A stretch of 63,096 nt of DNA, filler included, from Octopus bimaculoides (lineage: Eukaryota): the NCBI RefSeq assembly GCF_001194135.2. It is 4 parts of 4 records of this genome, joined end to end, with 100 filler letters (N's around TTAATTAATTAA, not from the genome) between each part and the next. Parts side by side here need not be neighbours in the genome. Positions count along the whole stretch, not along the records: positions 59,341 to 61,990 come from NC_068984.1; positions 62,091 to 63,096 come from NW_026404928.1; 2 more parts are not named here. One strand, 5' to 3'. Positions 61,648 to 63,096 of this stretch are shown here, piece after piece. The notes under the pieces are model-generated. The model searched no databases, had not been told where the DNA came from, and was given only the letters and a program-made list of their open reading frames with translations. The position numbers were made by a program, and so were the translations under genes. How positions within the stretch are numbered: the first letter of the stretch is position 1; each line of letters starts with the position of its first letter.

Positions 61648-61869
61648 GTAGAACGATACATAGAGAGTTAGATACATAGTAACTGCGACTCGATCGATTT
61701 CGACGACGAGGGTTCTAGTTGATCCGATTAACAGAACATCTTCCACGTGAAATTAACACGCAAGTGGCTGGGCATTCCACAGATACGCCTTCCCTTAACG
61801 TAGTTCTCAGGGAGATTCAGCGTGACACAGAACAGGACGAGGATGGCCAGTTTTGAAATACAAGCGCTA

Positions 61870-61958
61870 CTCATTTTTCCTAGCTAAGTGGAATTGAACA
61901 ACGTGAAAGTGTCTTGGTCAAGGGCTCAACGCATCGTCGGAAATTGAACCCATGACCT

Positions 61959-61960
<2 letters not shown>
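61870..61960 (-). mobile_element. Short tRNA/CORE-type SINE fragment
   Basis: gtgaaagtgtcttggtcaagggctcaacgcatcgtcggaaattgaacccatgacc; B box gggttcaatttcc on the minus strand. Confidence 0.55.
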
Positions 61961-61990
<30 letters not shown>

Positions 61991-62129
61991 NNNNNNNNNN
62001 NNNNNNNNNNNNNNNNNNNNNNNNNNNNNNNNNNTTAATTAATTAANNNNNNNNNNNNNNNNNNNNNNNNNNNNNNNNNNNNNNNNNNNNTTATTATTAT
62101 TATTATTATTATTATCATTATTACAATTA

Positions 62130-62408
62130 TTATTATTACTGAGTGAGAGAGTGGCGCATGCCAACAAAGTGACACTGGGGTACAAACAGACGAAGCCCAA
62201 TACATCCATCATGACTCCCGGTCTGATAAGGGTACACCAGGTACATGCATCACAAAAATATGTGTGCGACATGGTGATTTCATATCAAGACAAACAACAC
62301 ATGACTTTGCAGTTGTGTCCCAGTGGAAGATTTTCTTCAGGTTGAGTAGCCCATCCCACTCAAAATGTTACTGAATAATGGTTGTTTAAGGATGTTAAAC
62401 AAAACACT
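62130..62408. repeat. Probable interspersed repeat (LINE 3' UTR-like) embedded between (TAA)n arrays
   Basis: GC-richer, stop-rich segment bounded on both sides by (ATT)n. It resembles an abundant octopus repeat from memory only; single copy in this window. Confidence 0.4.
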
Positions 62409-62427
62409 CATTATTATTATTATTATT

Positions 62428-62897
62428 GCCTTTGCACGGCTTCTAACACTGGAGATGTACTACAGTGTCAGCTGTTCACTACCAGTGAACTAAGGTAACA
62501 CCTCTTATTTTTTAAGCACCTTCCAGAGTATTCGAGCGGTTCCAAGCAGTGCTGTTTTCTGCTAGTGCTCCACCCTTATTGCAGCCCCTATTTGTTCCAT
62601 GTACTTCTTGAGATTTTTGCTCACTGTTTCCAGGGCTTCGACAATTATTGGTACTACTGCTATCTTTTTTCTTCGACCTCAACTGCTTAACTTTCCAAGC
62701 TAACCTGTCATATCTCTCAACTTTTCTTTCTTCCTTATCACATATCTTGTCAGCTGGGCATGCTATATCTATGATCCAACATAGTTTGTTTCGTTTCTCA
62801 ATTAAGACTATGTCTAGCTCACTATTCTCTATCTCATGGTCACATTGAATCATAAAATCCCTTAGGATCTTTGCATTTCTAATTTTGACGATACCTA
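62428..62897 (-). mobile_element. 5'-truncated R4/Dong-like LINE inserted in (TAA)n, with RLE domain and 3' UTR
   Basis: AKILRDFMIQCDHEIENSELDIVLIEKRNKLCWIIDIACPADKICDKEERKVERYDRLAWKVKQL...VVPIIVGALGTV...LQKTALLGTARILWKVL; (TAA)n on both sides. Confidence 0.9.
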
Positions 62898-62949
<52 letters not shown>

Positions 62950-63096
62950 TATTATTATTATTATTATTATTATTGTTTTCATTAGCATCTTCTTTCAATT
63001 CTGTTCCCATTTCTTGCTGATTGCCTTCCTGACACTTAGGGCAGAGAAACATACTGTATACATTGGTAGTGGTAGGCCATTAAAATCAACACACCA

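Overview
Eukaryotic, AT-rich, microsatellite-saturated draft-assembly sequence with many N gaps. The repeat content looks like an octopus/coleoid genome (inference from SINE/LINE families I recognise, not a database hit). The only protein gene I can support is the 3' half of mitochondrial tyrosyl-tRNA synthetase (YARS2): 7 coding exons on + between 273 and 9381, read manually across GT-AG junctions, giving 235 aa including QIGGNDQ, the KLGKS motif and the S4-like C-terminus. The remaining ~53 kb has no recognisable host exon. It holds tRNA-headed SINEs of several families, RTE, Tx1/L1, R4/Dong and Penelope-like retroelement remnants, Tc1/mariner remnants, a MITE and simple repeats. Most interesting: (1) a tRNA-headed SINE at 36.65-36.97 kb carrying a minimal Penelope-type hammerhead ribozyme and an inverted copy of its own 3' end; (2) a Tx1-like LINE whose junctions all abut (TATC)n and whose 3' end is shared with one SINE subfamily; (3) inverted repeat pairs inside the YARS2 pre-mRNA, and a Gly conserved in the E. 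coli and human enzymes that is encoded here as GAT (Asp), one A-to-I edit away. No CRISPR, rRNA or true tRNA genes were seen. All family assignments rest on motif recognition by eye; repeat boundaries are approximate unless TSDs or TIRs are cited.
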